A stretch of 64,000 nucleotides of DNA, filler included, from Gonapodya sp. JEL0774 (GCA_027604505.1; 40 parts of 40 records of this genome joined end to end with filler, not necessarily neighbours in it); one strand, 5' to 3'; positions 39,196 to 52,595 are shown, counted from the first letter of the whole stretch. Notes: a model not told the origin generated them from the letters alone. Made by a program: numbers and translations.

Positions 39196-40218
39196 TGTAT
39201 CCTTTGGTTTGAGTGCGCGGATGTGGGTTCGTATTTCCTGTGGCCACGACATGAACACTCCGTATGTACCGGTTTCAGAACAGCAAAGCGAATGAAGACC
39301 ATCGATTCGTTCCAGACACTCGTTAGATTACAGCTATCTTTGCTTGCACTTGACCTCATAGTGGGCCTTTTCGGGACGGTGAAACGTGACATTTTCTTCT
39401 CTGTTGCGGGCGCTTTTGTGTGAGATGATCAGACGCCATGATTCAGCGCCCATTCCGGCATAGTTATTGATCCAACCAAAACCCTAGAATTCAGATACTT
39501 ATCGTCGCTGCGAATTTCGTTCTTCTTTTCCTGGGCTTCACTTCGACGCTTCCGTTTCGAGCAGGGGCTTCTGGTATTCTCTTACGAGAGTTCTCTGCGC
39601 CGCTTACATCGGGCGTAGTATACATGATATCACTTATTGCATTTCGAGGATACGGTGCAGTGGAAATCTCGCGCTGCGACAATCACGAGTGAGTTCTTGC
39701 ATCCGTACTATAGGCCTTGGTGATCTATCCGGACAGAAACCCCATGCGGTCCTCGTCCTCAAACCTAGATGCGATTTCTGGACACAGAACTACATGGGAA
39801 TTATGGTGTTTTACCAGTTCGCTCAAGTCGGGTACTATTACACAACTCGCCGTGCCATTTGGCAGCTCTGCGATCACCGATATTATACGACGGTATAGCT
39901 TGAGGGGTATAGTAAAAGTGTGGGCACCACAAAAATATCACGCGATGTAAGCAAACATGCTGTGAGTGTGGGAACAACATTCGGGCTCTGAGCACAGAAA
40001 GAAACATCAGCCAGGAACGTGTCCAAGGAATCTACCTGGGATTCTTCTCATCCCGCTTCAAGAATTCTCGATCTATCAATCCCTCGATTATCTTCTTCAG
40101 GTCTTTAGCCTAAATGAANNNNNNNNNNNNNNNNNNNNNNNNNNNNNNNNNNNNNNNNNNNNTTAATTAATTAANNNNNNNNNNNNNNNNNNNNNNNNNN
40201 NNNNNNNNNNNNNNNNNN

Positions 40219-41719
40219 CGCTTTCAGCCCGGGCCGGACTTGACATTTGCAAAGACCGATCTTCTCAGCCCACTCACTGAAACAGGGAATTTAAGCGCAA
40301 AAATTCTCAAGCCAGCACTGAAATCTGTATCCAGTCACTCTGTGACCTCACACGCTATTCATTTTACTCGAGAGAAGACACCTGGATCTCGTGAGGGAGA
40401 CAGGTTCCTGGACGCCGTCGTTGTAAAAATGGCGACTGTGCACTTGCGGGCAGAACTCAATCTGTTTGTTCGCATGAAGCGATGGAACGAGGTGTTGAAA
40501 CATATTTCAAAAGTCAGCAAGTCCTCTGATGAGAGAAGGTCCCATTCTCCGACGTCTTCGGATTCCGATTTCACTCGAACTCCACGTAATATCATCGACG
40601 ATCTAGATGACTCAACTGTACCCTCACGTGCAGCTGCGGAACATCAGTTTGAGATTCGTATTCCTCACTTGCGGACGTGGCTACTGATTCCACCGAAAGA
40701 GTCTTCAGAGATGCGAGAGTCCCAACAAGGACTATTGATGGACATCTTTTCAGTAAAAGTGTCAAGTGTAGCTGGCGATGGCCCGAGTATTGCTGGGAAA
40801 CCGGCCGTCTCGAACTTCGGTGTAGGGAATTCGGCTTCCAGCCGTGACGCAGAAGCTATCGTATGGAAGATCGAACTGGATGAAGCCGGAGTTTCACTTT
40901 TTGAGACTCAGGCAATTCCTGCTTCAGATCAGTACGCGATTGGTCAGTGTCTATTCCCTTTGATCGGTGTGCTCAATATTGAGAGTCCGTAGCTGACCCT
41001 GTTGATTACCCCACACAGTTGTAAAGCCATTCTTTGCCATGTCCAGCTCGAAAAGCAAAGTTTCTAGCCGAGTCAATGTCCCCACCTTTGAAGTGTGTTT
41101 TCGACGAGCAGTATCCCCTTCCTCGCTATCTAGAGTGCATGTTCCTTTGGACGATTGTGATGATACGGAAGAACCACCTGCGTGGATGTTTAAATCTTGG
41201 TATGATATTGGTGATCGAGAAGCTCTGAACGGAAAAAGTCAAGGATTTGATTTCAACGACATTACGAATGGGGGGAGTAAGCGATATGTGGGAACAGATG
41301 CGCTGGACGAAGAAGGTGCATTACGTTTTCGGGAGCAGGTGATCCTCGAATCGAAGACGTTCGTTGATATCAACATCCCTGGGGTCCAAATTAACGTCTC
41401 GAAGCAAAGTCTCGACAAGCTCATGTTCCTGGCCAATGATTTGGGAGGATTTGCCGCAAAATTGTCCCAGCAGTCGGGCGGCGTGTCGGCCGCGTCAGTT
41501 CGAGACTACCATCCAACCAAAATTGACGATTCAACTCAATCTGACTTGTCCATCTTGTGCTCTGTGGCAAGAATCGACACGTCCTTCCATATTGCGGACC
41601 CCACTGTCACACCAAATGGTATCAAATCGTACTCTCTATGCATTGAAGATCTGAAGGCTTTTATCGTTTCGGGATGTGAAGGAGAGGTCTGTTTGCAACA
41701 GTTGTCATCAATTTTGATG
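40219..41719 (+). CDS. ATG2: Autophagy lipid-transfer protein Atg2-like, internal fragment
   Basis: Long beta-rich exons; ALRFREQVILESKTFVDINIPGVQINVSKQSLDKL resembles a conserved Atg2 segment as I recall it. Confidence 0.55.
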
Positions 41720-41942
41720 NNNNNNNNNNNNNNNNNNNNNNNNNNNNNNNNNNNNNNNNNNNNTTAATTAATTAANNNNNNNNNNNNNNNNNNNNNNNNN
41801 NNNNNNNNNNNNNNNNNNNAATGGAGCCCGATGAGACGGCTCGTGATTGCCCTCAAACGAGGAGCATAGTGATATCAAGAAGGCACAATTCTCCCGATGA
41901 AGATTGAAAAGATTAACATCATCGAGACGACGACAATTTTAT

Positions 41943-42786
41943 CTATGTATTGGCACCCATGACGATAATATCCGACGAGTCCCACTCTCCATCTCCACCT
42001 GGCCCAAACATTCTAAGCCATGCTTTGGATCCACCTTCGAGCAAATTGACCTCCATTACCCGATCGGCGGCGAGTCCGTGTTTCTCTCGAATTTCATCGT
42101 CAGTCAAGCTATCTTCCCGTCTCAAAGATTCTCGCTTGAGATGCTGCTGATATAGTCCGTCGAGGACGTGCACGGCAGATTTGGGACCTCGAATCATGGA
42201 GAGATTACAGTGGAAGATGACACGCGGAGGGAGTGGCGAGGGCCATGATTCGACGTCCGGCAGCACGATTCCATCCCGTGCGCCGAAAGGTTTGCTATTC
42301 GTCTGTTGTTCCCAAAGTTTCGCTTCCTCACGCCGAAGTAGCGATACTGAATGTCGGAACCTGTGTGCCTCAAGTCTCAAGAGCTCAACAGCATCCCACG
42401 AGTTGGTGCCCACGAGCGTTCCTTCGGGAATGTTGAGTGCACCAGCGATATGGTACTTTGCAAATTGATCGGGGTCCCGAACGTCCACGATCAAGTAGTC
42501 AATCCTGAAAGAATTTGATTGAACGACCCATCGAGCCGATGAATCGATTGAAATTTAGAGATGGGAGACCATGGGCTTACCCGTTGCGCGCAGACTTTTC
42601 TCGTAGTAGCTCCACGAGCCGTTCTTGTTTCAATATGGTGAACTCTCGAGGAATTGAGTGGTTCACGGTGCTGGAGAACGGCGCACTACGCTGCCCTTGA
42701 AAGATGAACCATCTAGCAGGTGGAAAACAGCCATGAAATGGCTTTATTCGACTGATTCCAAAGACTGGCGCAAAGTGCAGATTCAT
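41943..42786 (-). CDS. Rhodanese/Cdc25-like phosphatase (Ych1/Acr2-like)
   Basis: YLIVDVRD, HIAGALNIP, VIFHCNLSMIRGPKSA (CX5R), LLEGGSKAW. Confidence 0.8.
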
Positions 42787-45020
42787 AATGGAAATCGGAA
42801 GAAGTGGATCTGGCGAGGCTGACCGCATGACCGGTTGAACAGTTGACCCACACCGACGGCAGAACGTGGCTGCCCCACAACTGCAATCCGGACTGAACTG
42901 CGCTCGCTGCTTATCGATACCCACACCATTCTCAAAGTTCGAGTCCTTCTGCTCCACACGGCTCCTGCTTCCCCCCTGTCTGCCCGCAGTCGAGTTTAAG
43001 TTCGCCTCAAACCAAAATAAACTCACATCCGCCCTCAGGTCAAACTAAATGTCACCCAGCACTCAAATACAGGAAGAGGACACCAAAAACGAGTCCAGTG
43101 TGGAACCCCGGCTTCCTGATGCTTCTCTTCCGTCCTGTGAATTTTCCACTCCGGCGACTCCGACGGAATCAAATCTGGAGTCCTCCACCGCGACTCTCCA
43201 AAACAACGATACTAAGCTGAAACCAGAGGCGGAGACAGCAATTGATATGGGCTCATCCGCCGAGGCGGTTGTGAAAGATACGCAGTCGGGAAAGGACGGC
43301 AAACTGACACCTTCGGAGGANNNNNNNNNNNNNNNNNNNNNNNNNNNNNNNNNNNNNNNNNNNNTTAATTAATTAANNNNNNNNNNNNNNNNNNNNNNNN
43401 NNNNNNNNNNNNNNNNNNNNGGCGAACCCTTTCGTTGACTAGGCTCCCAGAACACTCACAGTCCCTCGCAAATGGCCCCAATCACCAACTGGTTCCGGGC
43501 CGCATTGGTCGACACACTGAGTCATTTCACGAGCACCATTGTTCCGTTTTTACGAGTACGTGATTGGGAATGAGTCGTACCAAGGTGTGTGAGTCAGCGT
43601 CAGAATCAACCCGACAACACACGACACCGGACCACAACCCACCCGGCCATGAAGAACACAAACAGCACCGGCGCGTACCGCAACACGACCCTTCGAAACC
43701 CTTTGGCGACGGCATCGTCGTGGCTTGGCGCTGGCGCTGGAGCGGGCGGTGGATCTTCTTCTGGACCACGCTGGGCAGGGGTGATGTCGATGCGGATGAG
43801 CAACGGGGTGGTTTCGCTGGCGGAGGGTTTTCGTCGGCCCATTGTTCTCGCTCGTCGAACGCCGCAGATGGCGGGCGGGAAAAGGAAATTTGATAAACAA
43901 GAAAATGTGGATGGGAATAAGAAAATATTCAAAGGAAAGGAAGCGCCGGAATCTCCGGGGATGATCTCCAATCTGGTGGACCGAGGCCTCTTCCCTGAGC
44001 GGCGGGGTGGAAACCAATCACATCCACATCCCTGGAACAGGAGAGTCAAACCACAAAACAATATTGGGAAGTCGAACTTGTGGAAATTTGGAGTGGAAAA
44101 TTTGCTCAGGGAGAAATTGACGCGTTGGTTGGTTGGTTGCGCAAAAAGAACGGGCATGTCATCTAATTTCACGGTCCCCACTCGTGCAGACCAGACCCAT
44201 TCAAATCAAAAGGTGCTCGAGAACATTGAATTCACACTAATTGAGAAATCATGATGGACGCCGTCCGGTGAGTCACCACGTGCGGCCAAGCTTGGCATTC
44301 TCGAGATCAGTCACTATCATATTTCTAGACTGGCATAGAAAAGCGACCTCTCTTTCTTCTGTGTTTTGAGGAATGTCCAGAAAGTTTTGGCGGCTTCTTT
44401 CGTCTCAACAGCACTGCGCTACTGAGAAAGTTGCCTTTAGGTTAGTAGGTGACCAAGTACGAGATTCTTCTGCAATGTACACTGAACGCAGCTCAAGACG
44501 CATCTCTTCATTTAAATGGCATTGCGAATGTTCGGATTAGGTTCAATAGAATGTTCCGGGGTTCAACCGTGTCTGATCGGGCCGCAGGTGCATGATCGTG
44601 TTATAGGTGGGAGGCTGACCCACCAGCCCAGGACGAAACGCCGGTGGTGCCTATCAGCATGTGGCCTTGATGATAATTTGCCGATGTTCCGCAAGCAGTA
44701 AATCGGATGAAAGTTCCAATATGCGAATCCAGACAAATTATTGTGCATTTCTTCGACGAATCTTCACGTCTTCAATCGAACATAACAGACACCAACCACT
44801 AAGGAGGGAACTTGGTGAGGGCAGTTCACCTTACGGGTAAACAAATTTTAGCCGTCGCTCTTCGTTTGACTTCCGCGGTGTCCCTTCACCACCCCGAACA
44901 CGTTTCACTTGCGCAGCAGCNNNNNNNNNNNNNNNNNNNNNNNNNNNNNNNNNNNNNNNNNNNNTTAATTAATTAANNNNNNNNNNNNNNNNNNNNNNNN
45001 NNNNNNNNNNNNNNNNNNNN

Positions 45021-45622
45021 CTGGTATTCGAACCGATCAAACGCAGATAACAGGGTACCCGAGACACAATGGGATGCTGCAACTGGCTTTCGAAAAACAG
45101 AATTCGCGGAACACGCTTCAATGGTGCAGAAAGTGTCGCCTGGTGTTCATGTCCTTTCCAACGCATTGCTGGATACCCCGTGGCCGAAAGTTGTCACAGC
45201 GAACCAAGCACTAGAGAAGGAGCTCCGAAAAGTCTTTGGCGCAAGTGCAACGCCATTCAGCGAGGATGAATTAGTCGAACGACTTTTCACCATTCTCCGG
45301 GATGATCAGCCTCCCCCTGTGCTTCCGGATACAGGAATGTATGTTGCAGTTCATCCAGTGACCCGTCTGTACCGTTTAGAGCCCCCTCCGCTGACTGACA
45401 ACAATATTTTGCAGTGGATCGGCTGCAGAACAACCCACATCATGCATATTTGTACGTGCACCGCAGTTCAATTATGGCACCCGCACTTCAACGGTCCTAT
45501 TGGCACGCCTTGACGGCACCGTGCGTTACGTGGAGAGGACGTATGACTCAACAACTTCGGTTGTCGGTGACGACATATCGTTTGATCTCCGTATTGGAGG
45601 AGTTGGGAACGATTCGCTGTAG
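45021..45622 (+). CDS. TANGO2/NRDE-family protein, C-terminal part
   Basis: GVHVLSNALLDTPWPKV, LVERLFTILRD, YGTRTSTVLL...VRYVERT; stop 45620-45622. Confidence 0.85.
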
Positions 45623-45831
45623 GCTGCGATGGCGCTGTTTCATAGCGAACGACAATCATTACCAAACTCCAAAGGCCAGACCACTGAAATGGGATACATG
45701 AGTCATAGGAATGGAAAAGCACTGGTTTCAAGATTAAAATACAGAATTGCTCCTAAGGAACTTTGTCTACAACCTATGATCAGGATTACTATAATGCAAA
45801 CTTTAAGAATCACTGCACAAAGAACTCGTAT

Positions 45832-46520
45832 TCATTCTCCAATGATGACAATTACTTCCCATCCAAGCCAGACTTCAATGCCGGTTCTCCGGGCAACGCC
45901 GTCTGCCATCTCCGAATCCAATTCGGGTTCCAATTTAACACGTTCCCACATACGAGTTCTCCATGTTCGCCTATGGTTTGTCTCGAAGCAGTCAGCCCGC
46001 GCTTTGCCCTTTCCTTTCCGGTTTTGATCGCAGGTGGCGGCAGCGATTCGACTTGCCGCCATTTGTCCCTCGATGTTGGGTGCGCCAAAGTCCCATACGC
46101 ACAACAACGTTTGTTCCACATCGTCAGCGAATGCCGTTCCACCCTCTTGCAAATGCGGAATTCGGGACACTCTTACCGCTCCTACAGCAATCTCCCGTCC
46201 CACTCCACAGAGTTCTGCAAATCTCAGTTCCTCGAATCTTCCCTCGATCTCCCTCCCTCCATCCAAAGCGTGCTGCTTCAACATATCCGGAACCGACAAC
46301 ACAGTGCAGGTTCCATCTCGCTGTACGGCGTTGGAAAAATCCCAGAGTACCACCTGGTCACCTCGTCTGCCACTCGTGAGAAGGTGATGCGGGCCCTGTG
46401 CTAATGTCATGGGTGCGAAGTGTCGAGGAGGACGGTCGAGCTCAATTGCCTGGTGGATTTCGGCAAGGCTATGTGCAGGAGAAGGCGGAGGGATCGGGAT
46501 CGGGTTTGGAAGCATCCCCA
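45832..46520 (-). CDS. Hypothetical WD40-like protein, C-terminal part
   Basis: LLTSGRRGDQVVLWDF and LCVWDF beta-propeller-like strands. Confidence 0.45.
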
Positions 46521-46620
46521 NNNNNNNNNNNNNNNNNNNNNNNNNNNNNNNNNNNNNNNNNNNNTTAATTAATTAANNNNNNNNNNNNNNNNNNNNNNNN
46601 NNNNNNNNNNNNNNNNNNNN

Positions 46621-48120
46621 TTGCAATGAATGAGCCCGCGTTCGATGCTGAAACGACTTTCAACACTCCACTTACTGCCTGAGAACAGCACGTTGTCCGA
46701 GTTGATTGCAAGGGTGTCTGGAATAGTCGGTAGAATTTGCACATCAATTCCGCACTGAGACATCTACGTTGCGTGCTACTCACTGATGATAGCATTATGT
46801 CCTTCAAAGTTCTGAATGAAGTCTCCTCTCGGACACCGCCACTGCTTGATGTTGTCCGGACTGGCACTCGCAAAGGTGAACTCGTTGGGATGAACAGCGA
46901 GGGTTCGCACGCTCTTCTTGTGGTGTGTGAGAGTTGTCATTGCTTTTCCCGCGGCGAGGTCCCATAGACGAATGGTGGAGTCCATAGAAGCGGTGATGAC
47001 CTGAGGGTCCGCTTCCTGGCACTTGACGTCGGCGACGGTGGCGGAGTGGCCACCAAGAGCGAATATTTGACTTTACAAGGAAAAAGTTTACAGAGGAACT
47101 GGATGAGAGCAATCTAGCCACCACATGTCATCGGACCCTTGCTCACTTCTTGGTTCGAATGTCCCACACTCGAGCCACTGAATCTCGACCGCCTGTCACC
47201 AAGACATCCAATGTTGGATGAAGAGCAATCGAATAAACCCCAGAAAGGTGACCGTGGTAGTGCCGAACCACCTTGTTCTCTGAAAGACATAATCGTGCGC
47301 GCAAAACAGAAAACCGTCGATGAGCAACTGGCATCTCGCACGTCCGTCTTATACTGTGACTCACGTTCCAAGTCCCAGCACTTGACCATTTTGTCCTCCC
47401 CACAAGAAAACAGGTACGGGTGCCGATCCGACACGACCACCCCCCGCACGGTGGAAATGTGTCCCGTGAGGGACAATTTCAACGTGCCTGATGCCAAGTC
47501 CCATACCTTTTCCGGTTACACAACACAGGATTCAGTTCAGTTCGACACAGTGAGCCGCACAACACGGCATGCCGCGCTCACCTTGATCAACCTGTCTCCA
47601 CCTCCTGTCACGAACCACTCGTTCCCCGGATCCACCGCAACGGCTCTGACCCATCCCAAGTGTCCTGAAATGACTCGCATGAGCTTCCACGGCGGGTGCC
47701 ACTTTGGCCGCAGTTGTGAAGGCGGAGTGCGAATCTGAATGAGAGCGTTGGTTGAGCCGGCTGGGGATGAGGAGAAGGGTGTGAGTGCAGTAGAGGAAAA
47801 CGACGACAAGGAAGAGGATGATTGGTTGCGGACAACGAGGGCGGTTGAGGATTGAGGGGAGGGTTTAGGAGTAAGTGAAGCGAGTAGCTTTGGCGTGGTG
47901 GAGTTCGCATCTGAGGGGTCGGCCGCTCCTAAATGAAAACAATGACCAGTACAGAATCATACAAAGTGGCACTGTTAGCTCGCTCGGTGAAAATCCCGGC
48001 CCAGGCGGTCTTCCAAAGGAAGGTAGTGTGCGCACCAGCTCCCGTCGCCTTTGGCGTCTGCTTCGCAATGACATCCGGCAAGAATTGCGCGTTCGCGTAC
48101 TCGTCGTGAATTTTGGACAC
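46621..48120 (-). CDS. PRP46: Spliceosomal WD40 protein Prp46/PLRG1
   Basis: [67 protein letters not shown]. Confidence 0.96.
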
Positions 48121-48795
48121 NNNNNNNNNNNNNNNNNNNNNNNNNNNNNNNNNNNNNNNNNNNNTTAATTAATTAANNNNNNNNNNNNNNNNNNNNNNNN
48201 NNNNNNNNNNNNNNNNNNNNACCTAGCTTGGAAACATCGACAACCAACGACATCGACGGATCAAATTTGTTACGAAATTGCTGCATAAACAGTGCATAAC
48301 CGTCTTTTAAGCGTCCGAAAGAATTCGCTCCTTGCCATCCCCTCGGTGACATTAATTCGCGCCGACGAAAGCATCATAAGCGTGAATCACATGGACATCA
48401 AACACGACTTGGGTGAGCGTGACATAAGGCAAAGCGCCCCTGTATTTCCTTCATATCGATGGTAGTTTTGATCCTACCTGAACGTTCCGATAACGCAAAA
48501 GTGATTGCGCGAATGCCAACAACGTCCGAACTTCGGCTCGCACAACCATAACAAACTATTGACCTCTCGTCTATTCACACACGTAGAATGTACGAGAACC
48601 TTCACGGATCCACCTTTTACCTTCCAATGACCCGCACGTCCGTTGGACGTAACACACAACCTGCGTTTTTGGGGTAACCGCTGTAGTCAACAGCTGCACG
48701 CGGGACATCATCATCCGTACTTCGGAAACACCAAGAAGCACAACTGACGTTAATAAAATACATACACAATAAATACACATGTTCACTGCTCCACC

Positions 48796-49719
48796 TCACG
48801 ACCCCTGCAACCGCTCCAAAGCATCTCGCGCCTCCCACGTGTCCGCCAACTCGAACATCTCAATGGCTTTGTCAATGTCCTTCTCTAATCCTCCAACTCC
48901 CTTTTCGTACATACGACCGAGACCCACTGCCGCAACCACGTCCCCCTCGTCCAGTGCCTCTGTGTACAAGCGCACAGCGGTTGCCAAGTCTTGATCTAAC
49001 CCTCCTCGACCGTCCTCGTACATTGCTGCTAGCAAGGTCTTTGCCTCACATCGGAGATCTTTCAAGTAGTATTCCACTGCTTTTCGGTCGTCCTTTGCTC
49101 TTCCGCCCCACCCGCGCTCATGTAGAATTCCAAGGGCGAGGGTCAGTTCACCATGACCTGATTTTGTAAGAAGATTCTCTGCCCTCTCCACATCACGATC
49201 ACACCCACCGAGACCATGCAGGTGGAACAAGTATGCGAGATTGAACTGGGCCATCGCACTGCCTTGGTCTGCAGCTGCTGTGAAGAGTATCTTGGCTTCA
49301 TATACATCCCGTGATGCACCACGACCGCTGACGTACATCCACCCGAGGTTGTTTTGCCCCTTTGCGTGACCCTGGTCAGCGGTCTTCCAGTACCACTTCA
49401 CAGCCTCCACCTCGTCCTTCTGCACGCCCTGTCCATTCGCATACATGACACCAAGACTATACTGGGCCAGTGCATAAGCCTGTTCGGCGGCCCTCCTGTA
49501 CCACTTCACAGCCTCCGCCTCGTCCTTCTGCACGCCCTGTCCATTCGCATACATGACACCAAGACTATACTGGGCCAGTGCATAACCCTGGTCAGCAGCC
49601 CTCCTGTACCACTTCACAGCCTCCGCCTCGTCCATCTGCACTCCCCGCCCGTCCTCGTACATCACACCAAGATTCGACTGGGCCAGTGCGTTACCATGGT
49701 CAGCGGCCCTCCTGTACCA
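48796..49719 (-). CDS. Sel1-like repeat protein, C-terminal part
   Basis: Repeated AQYSLGVMYANGQGVQKDEAEAVKWYRRAA units with a 108-bp period. Confidence 0.9.
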   Translation of the reverse strand, partial: WYRRAADHGNALAQSNLGVMYEDGRGVQMDEAEAVKWYRRAADQGYALAQYSLGVMYANGQGVQKDEAEAVKWYRRAAEQAYALAQYSLGVMYANGQGVQKDEVEAVKWYWKTADQGHAKGQNNLGWMYVSGRGASRDVYEAKILFTAAADQGSAMAQFNLAYLFHLHGLGGCDRDVERAENLLTKSGHGELTLALGILHERGWGGRAKDDRKAVEYYLKDLRCEAKTLLAAMYEDGRGGLDQDLATAVRLYTEALDEGDVVAAVGLGRMYEKGVGGLEKDIDKAIEMFELADTWEARDALERLQGS

Positions 49720-49819
49720 NNNNNNNNNNNNNNNNNNNNNNNNNNNNNNNNNNNNNNNNNNNNTTAATTAATTAANNNNNNNNNNNNNNNNNNNNNNNNN
49801 NNNNNNNNNNNNNNNNNNN

Positions 49820-50731
49820 CAGGATCGAGGCCTCGGGATGCGAGAATTTGCTCCAAGAGGTTCGGCTCTTGAGCCACCACGGGATGATCGACCAGCTGTC
49901 GGCCAAAGAAGAGACGAGCGAGGTGACTTCCGAGGCCCGACTTCGAGCAAGGAGCCAACCCCTCCTCCTCCGCCCCCTCCCAAAACGCCGCCGCCAGAAG
50001 CGAATACAAAAGGAAGTGCGACAGCACCAGAAAAGACTATGGCGCCTCTCGCACGTACCGGCTCAATCCAGATCCGTGGTGCGGCCTCCCGGGCGACAAA
50101 ATCCGACGACATGGTTGCCACTGAACGCGAATCGCAGAGGCAAGAGTCAAGGGCTCCGGAGTTAAACTTGCCTCCAAGACCTAGCTTTGATGCAGTTAAG
50201 CGCACGTTGGAGGAAAGTGGTCGTAACGCGGCCTCGGACCGTCGAGATGATCGGCGGTCTGCTACTGATGAACCTGCTTCTCGCGATTCCAAGAGGCGAA
50301 AGCTGGAAGATGGTTCAGAGGAATCTCTTTCCGCAGGGGGCCGCAGGGATCGCGACACGGACTCCAGAAATGAGCGATCGCGGGATGATCGGGGGAGAAA
50401 AGATTCGGAGAAGGATGGGGGTCGGCGAGGTGGTCGTGAAGGGGAAGGGTCTGCTGGTGACACTTCCAGTTATCGTGGCCGGAGTACGCGCTCGAGTGGA
50501 GCCGATGACTCCCGTGGTTCTAAAAGTGTAAGCAGTCCTCCGAAAGATCGGGAAAAGTCGGAAAGAAGCGAGCGTGAGCGCGATCGGGAACGGGACAGGA
50601 AGAGTGAACGCAATCGTGATAAAGATAAAGATAAGGATAGAGACAAGGACTCGACGTCCAGGCGAGATCGAGACCGCGCGTCCAAACGAGAAGACAAAGA
50701 TGAAGGACGTCACCGTCGCTCTCGAAAGTAG
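49820..50731 (+). CDS. Arg/Asp/Ser-rich low-complexity C-terminus of a probable nuclear RNA-processing protein
   Basis: RD/RE dipeptide-rich tail ending RHRRSRK*. Confidence 0.5.
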   Translation, partial: QDRGLGMREFAPRGSALEPPRDDRPAVGQRRDERGDFRGPTSSKEPTPPPPPPPKTPPPEANTKGSATAPEKTMAPLARTGSIQIRGAASRATKSDDMVATERESQRQESRAPELNLPPRPSFDAVKRTLEESGRNAASDRRDDRRSATDEPASRDSKRRKLEDGSEESLSAGGRRDRDTDSRNERSRDDRGRKDSEKDGGRRGGREGEGSAGDTSSYRGRSTRSSGADDSRGSKSVSSPPKDREKSERSERERDRERDRKSERNRDKDKDKDRDKDSTSRRDRDRASKREDKDEGRHRRSRK

Positions 50732-51416
50732 ACTGACATGACTGTAATTGCAATAATTCAAAATTCTTTACTATGATGGAGTCATATACAATCTGTGCCA
50801 GAGTGCCGTAGTATAGTAACGTGAATATGGTGTGCCAGTTTGTAATCTCGCTCCTTCCGGACCTCAAAATTATTGGGTCTGACAGTCCGGCGTACCTTCA
50901 AGCTCGTTCATTGGATGAGTTTTCGGAGTAGTTCTTCGCTGTAAGCCGGGTCTCCGCTCCTTGTTCTCAGAAAGGAGGCCCCCGCCGTTTTCATCACTCT
51001 CACCGTCGCCGTTTTTACTGGCGTTGCCCATTCGAGTACCAAATGGCATTCGTGATATACCAACTCCGGCTCCACCGATTGCTGTGGGCATACGCGGAAA
51101 CGGTGGAAGCTTCTGCGACGACACGGATGCTTGTCCAGGAACTCCCATGACAGGCGACAATGATACATTTCGACCTCGGGCTGATCGTGGTAGTTCCTCC
51201 ACGATCTCAAGGTTCTCCTTGTCCGCCAAAGCAACCAAGGCGGCCCGTCTTCCGGCAGAATCCTCCTTGCCAACTTTCGTCGCCTTCCGCGGAGACGAAG
51301 TCGGTTTGACTGGACTNNNNNNNNNNNNNNNNNNNNNNNNNNNNNNNNNNNNNNNNNNNNTTAATTAATTAANNNNNNNNNNNNNNNNNNNNNNNNNNNN
51401 NNNNNNNNNNNNNNNN

Positions 51417-52595
51417 CTTGCCATCGTTCCTCATCCCTTCCAGAACTCCATCCTTACATTCCTCCAAACCTCGGCGCATTCACAAATGCAGTCGGCACTT
51501 CGAGACCCTCTCGCTGCTGCTCAGAATGCTGCGAGGCCCTGGCAGCAAGGAGAAAACAAACCGGACACAGATGTTTTGCGGAAGGCTGGGGCGTTAGCTG
51601 GTGGATCGGTGCAGGCACCTGGACAAGGTGCCGGTGGGGTTTCGGCCTTTGGACAGTCCAGTATCACATCTGCAGCTACGCAGCCAGCATCAGTCTCGGC
51701 GTTCGGTCGGCCTGTCAACCCTGGCTCTGCGGCCCCTACACCGTCGGCGTTGGCATTTGGACAGACTCCCGCTGCGACCTCCACTTTCGGACAACCTACG
51801 AGCACCGGTCCGGCGTTTGGACAGTCTTCTCTATCATCGGCATTTGGTCGACCAGCTGCTGTGGGACTGTCTGCCTTTGGACAACCAGGTGCATCGGCTT
51901 TTGGGCAACCCGCATTTGGACAGTCGGCAGCACCAGCGACATCTTTCGGGCAACCTTCACTTGCTACATCGGCGTTCGGCCAGCCCGCCACATCCGCCTT
52001 CGGGCAATCTGCTGCCGGTGCAGCAGCCTCGGGCTTTGGGCAATCACAACCTGGTGCGGCGTCATCTGCGTTCGGAGTGCGGCCCGTACTCACCGCAGCG
52101 CCCGTGCCCTCGGCGTTCGGTCAACCATCGGCTGTGTCCGCATTCGGCCAGCCTTCCGCCGCGTCCGCATTCGGCCAACCTTCCGCCACGTCCGCATTCG
52201 GCCAACCATCAGCCGCCTCCGCATTCGGCCAACCTTCGGCCGTGTCCGCTTTCGGTCAGTCCAACAGTGCCGGCACAGCGAGTTCTGCCTTCGGAACCCG
52301 CCAAGCCACAACATCCGTCTTTGGACAGTCCTCTTTTCCCCAACAATCCGCTTCATCCGCATTCGGCACGACATCCGCCTTTGGTCGGGCCTCTGCTTCC
52401 GCCTTCGGTTCCCTTTCCGGTGGTTCCGCTTTTGGTGCACCACCACCCGCAGATGTCGTACCGCCTCGTGACTATTTTGGGGACTTTAGTCCCGAGGTAG
52501 GGCTGACGGAGGACGAGAAGAGAGCGTTCGAGGCGCCGAGATTTGACATGGGCGGAGTGCCGGAGCGGCCACCAACGAAGGAGCTATGTGTTTGA
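51417..52595 (+). CDS. NUP42: FG nucleoporin Nup42/Amo1/NUPL2, C-terminal part
   Basis: Many SAFGQP repeats and terminal LTEDEKRAFEAPRFDMGGVPERPPTKELCV (Gle1-binding CTD pattern). Confidence 0.85.
   Translation, partial: LAIVPHPFQNSILTFLQTSAHSQMQSALRDPLAAAQNAARPWQQGENKPDTDVLRKAGALAGGSVQAPGQGAGGVSAFGQSSITSAATQPASVSAFGRPVNPGSAAPTPSALAFGQTPAATSTFGQPTSTGPAFGQSSLSSAFGRPAAVGLSAFGQPGASAFGQPAFGQSAAPATSFGQPSLATSAFGQPATSAFGQSAAGAAASGFGQSQPGAASSAFGVRPVLTAAPVPSAFGQPSAVSAFGQPSAASAFGQPSATSAFGQPSAASAFGQPSAVSAFGQSNSAGTASSAFGTRQATTSVFGQSSFPQQSASSAFGTTSAFGRASASAFGSLSGGSAFGAPPPADVVPPRDYFGDFSPEVGLTEDEKRAFEAPRFDMGGVPERPPTKELCV

Noticed and set aside
52100..52260. 27-bp tandem repeats
   Set aside because: Explained by the coding SAFGQPS FG repeats of Nup42
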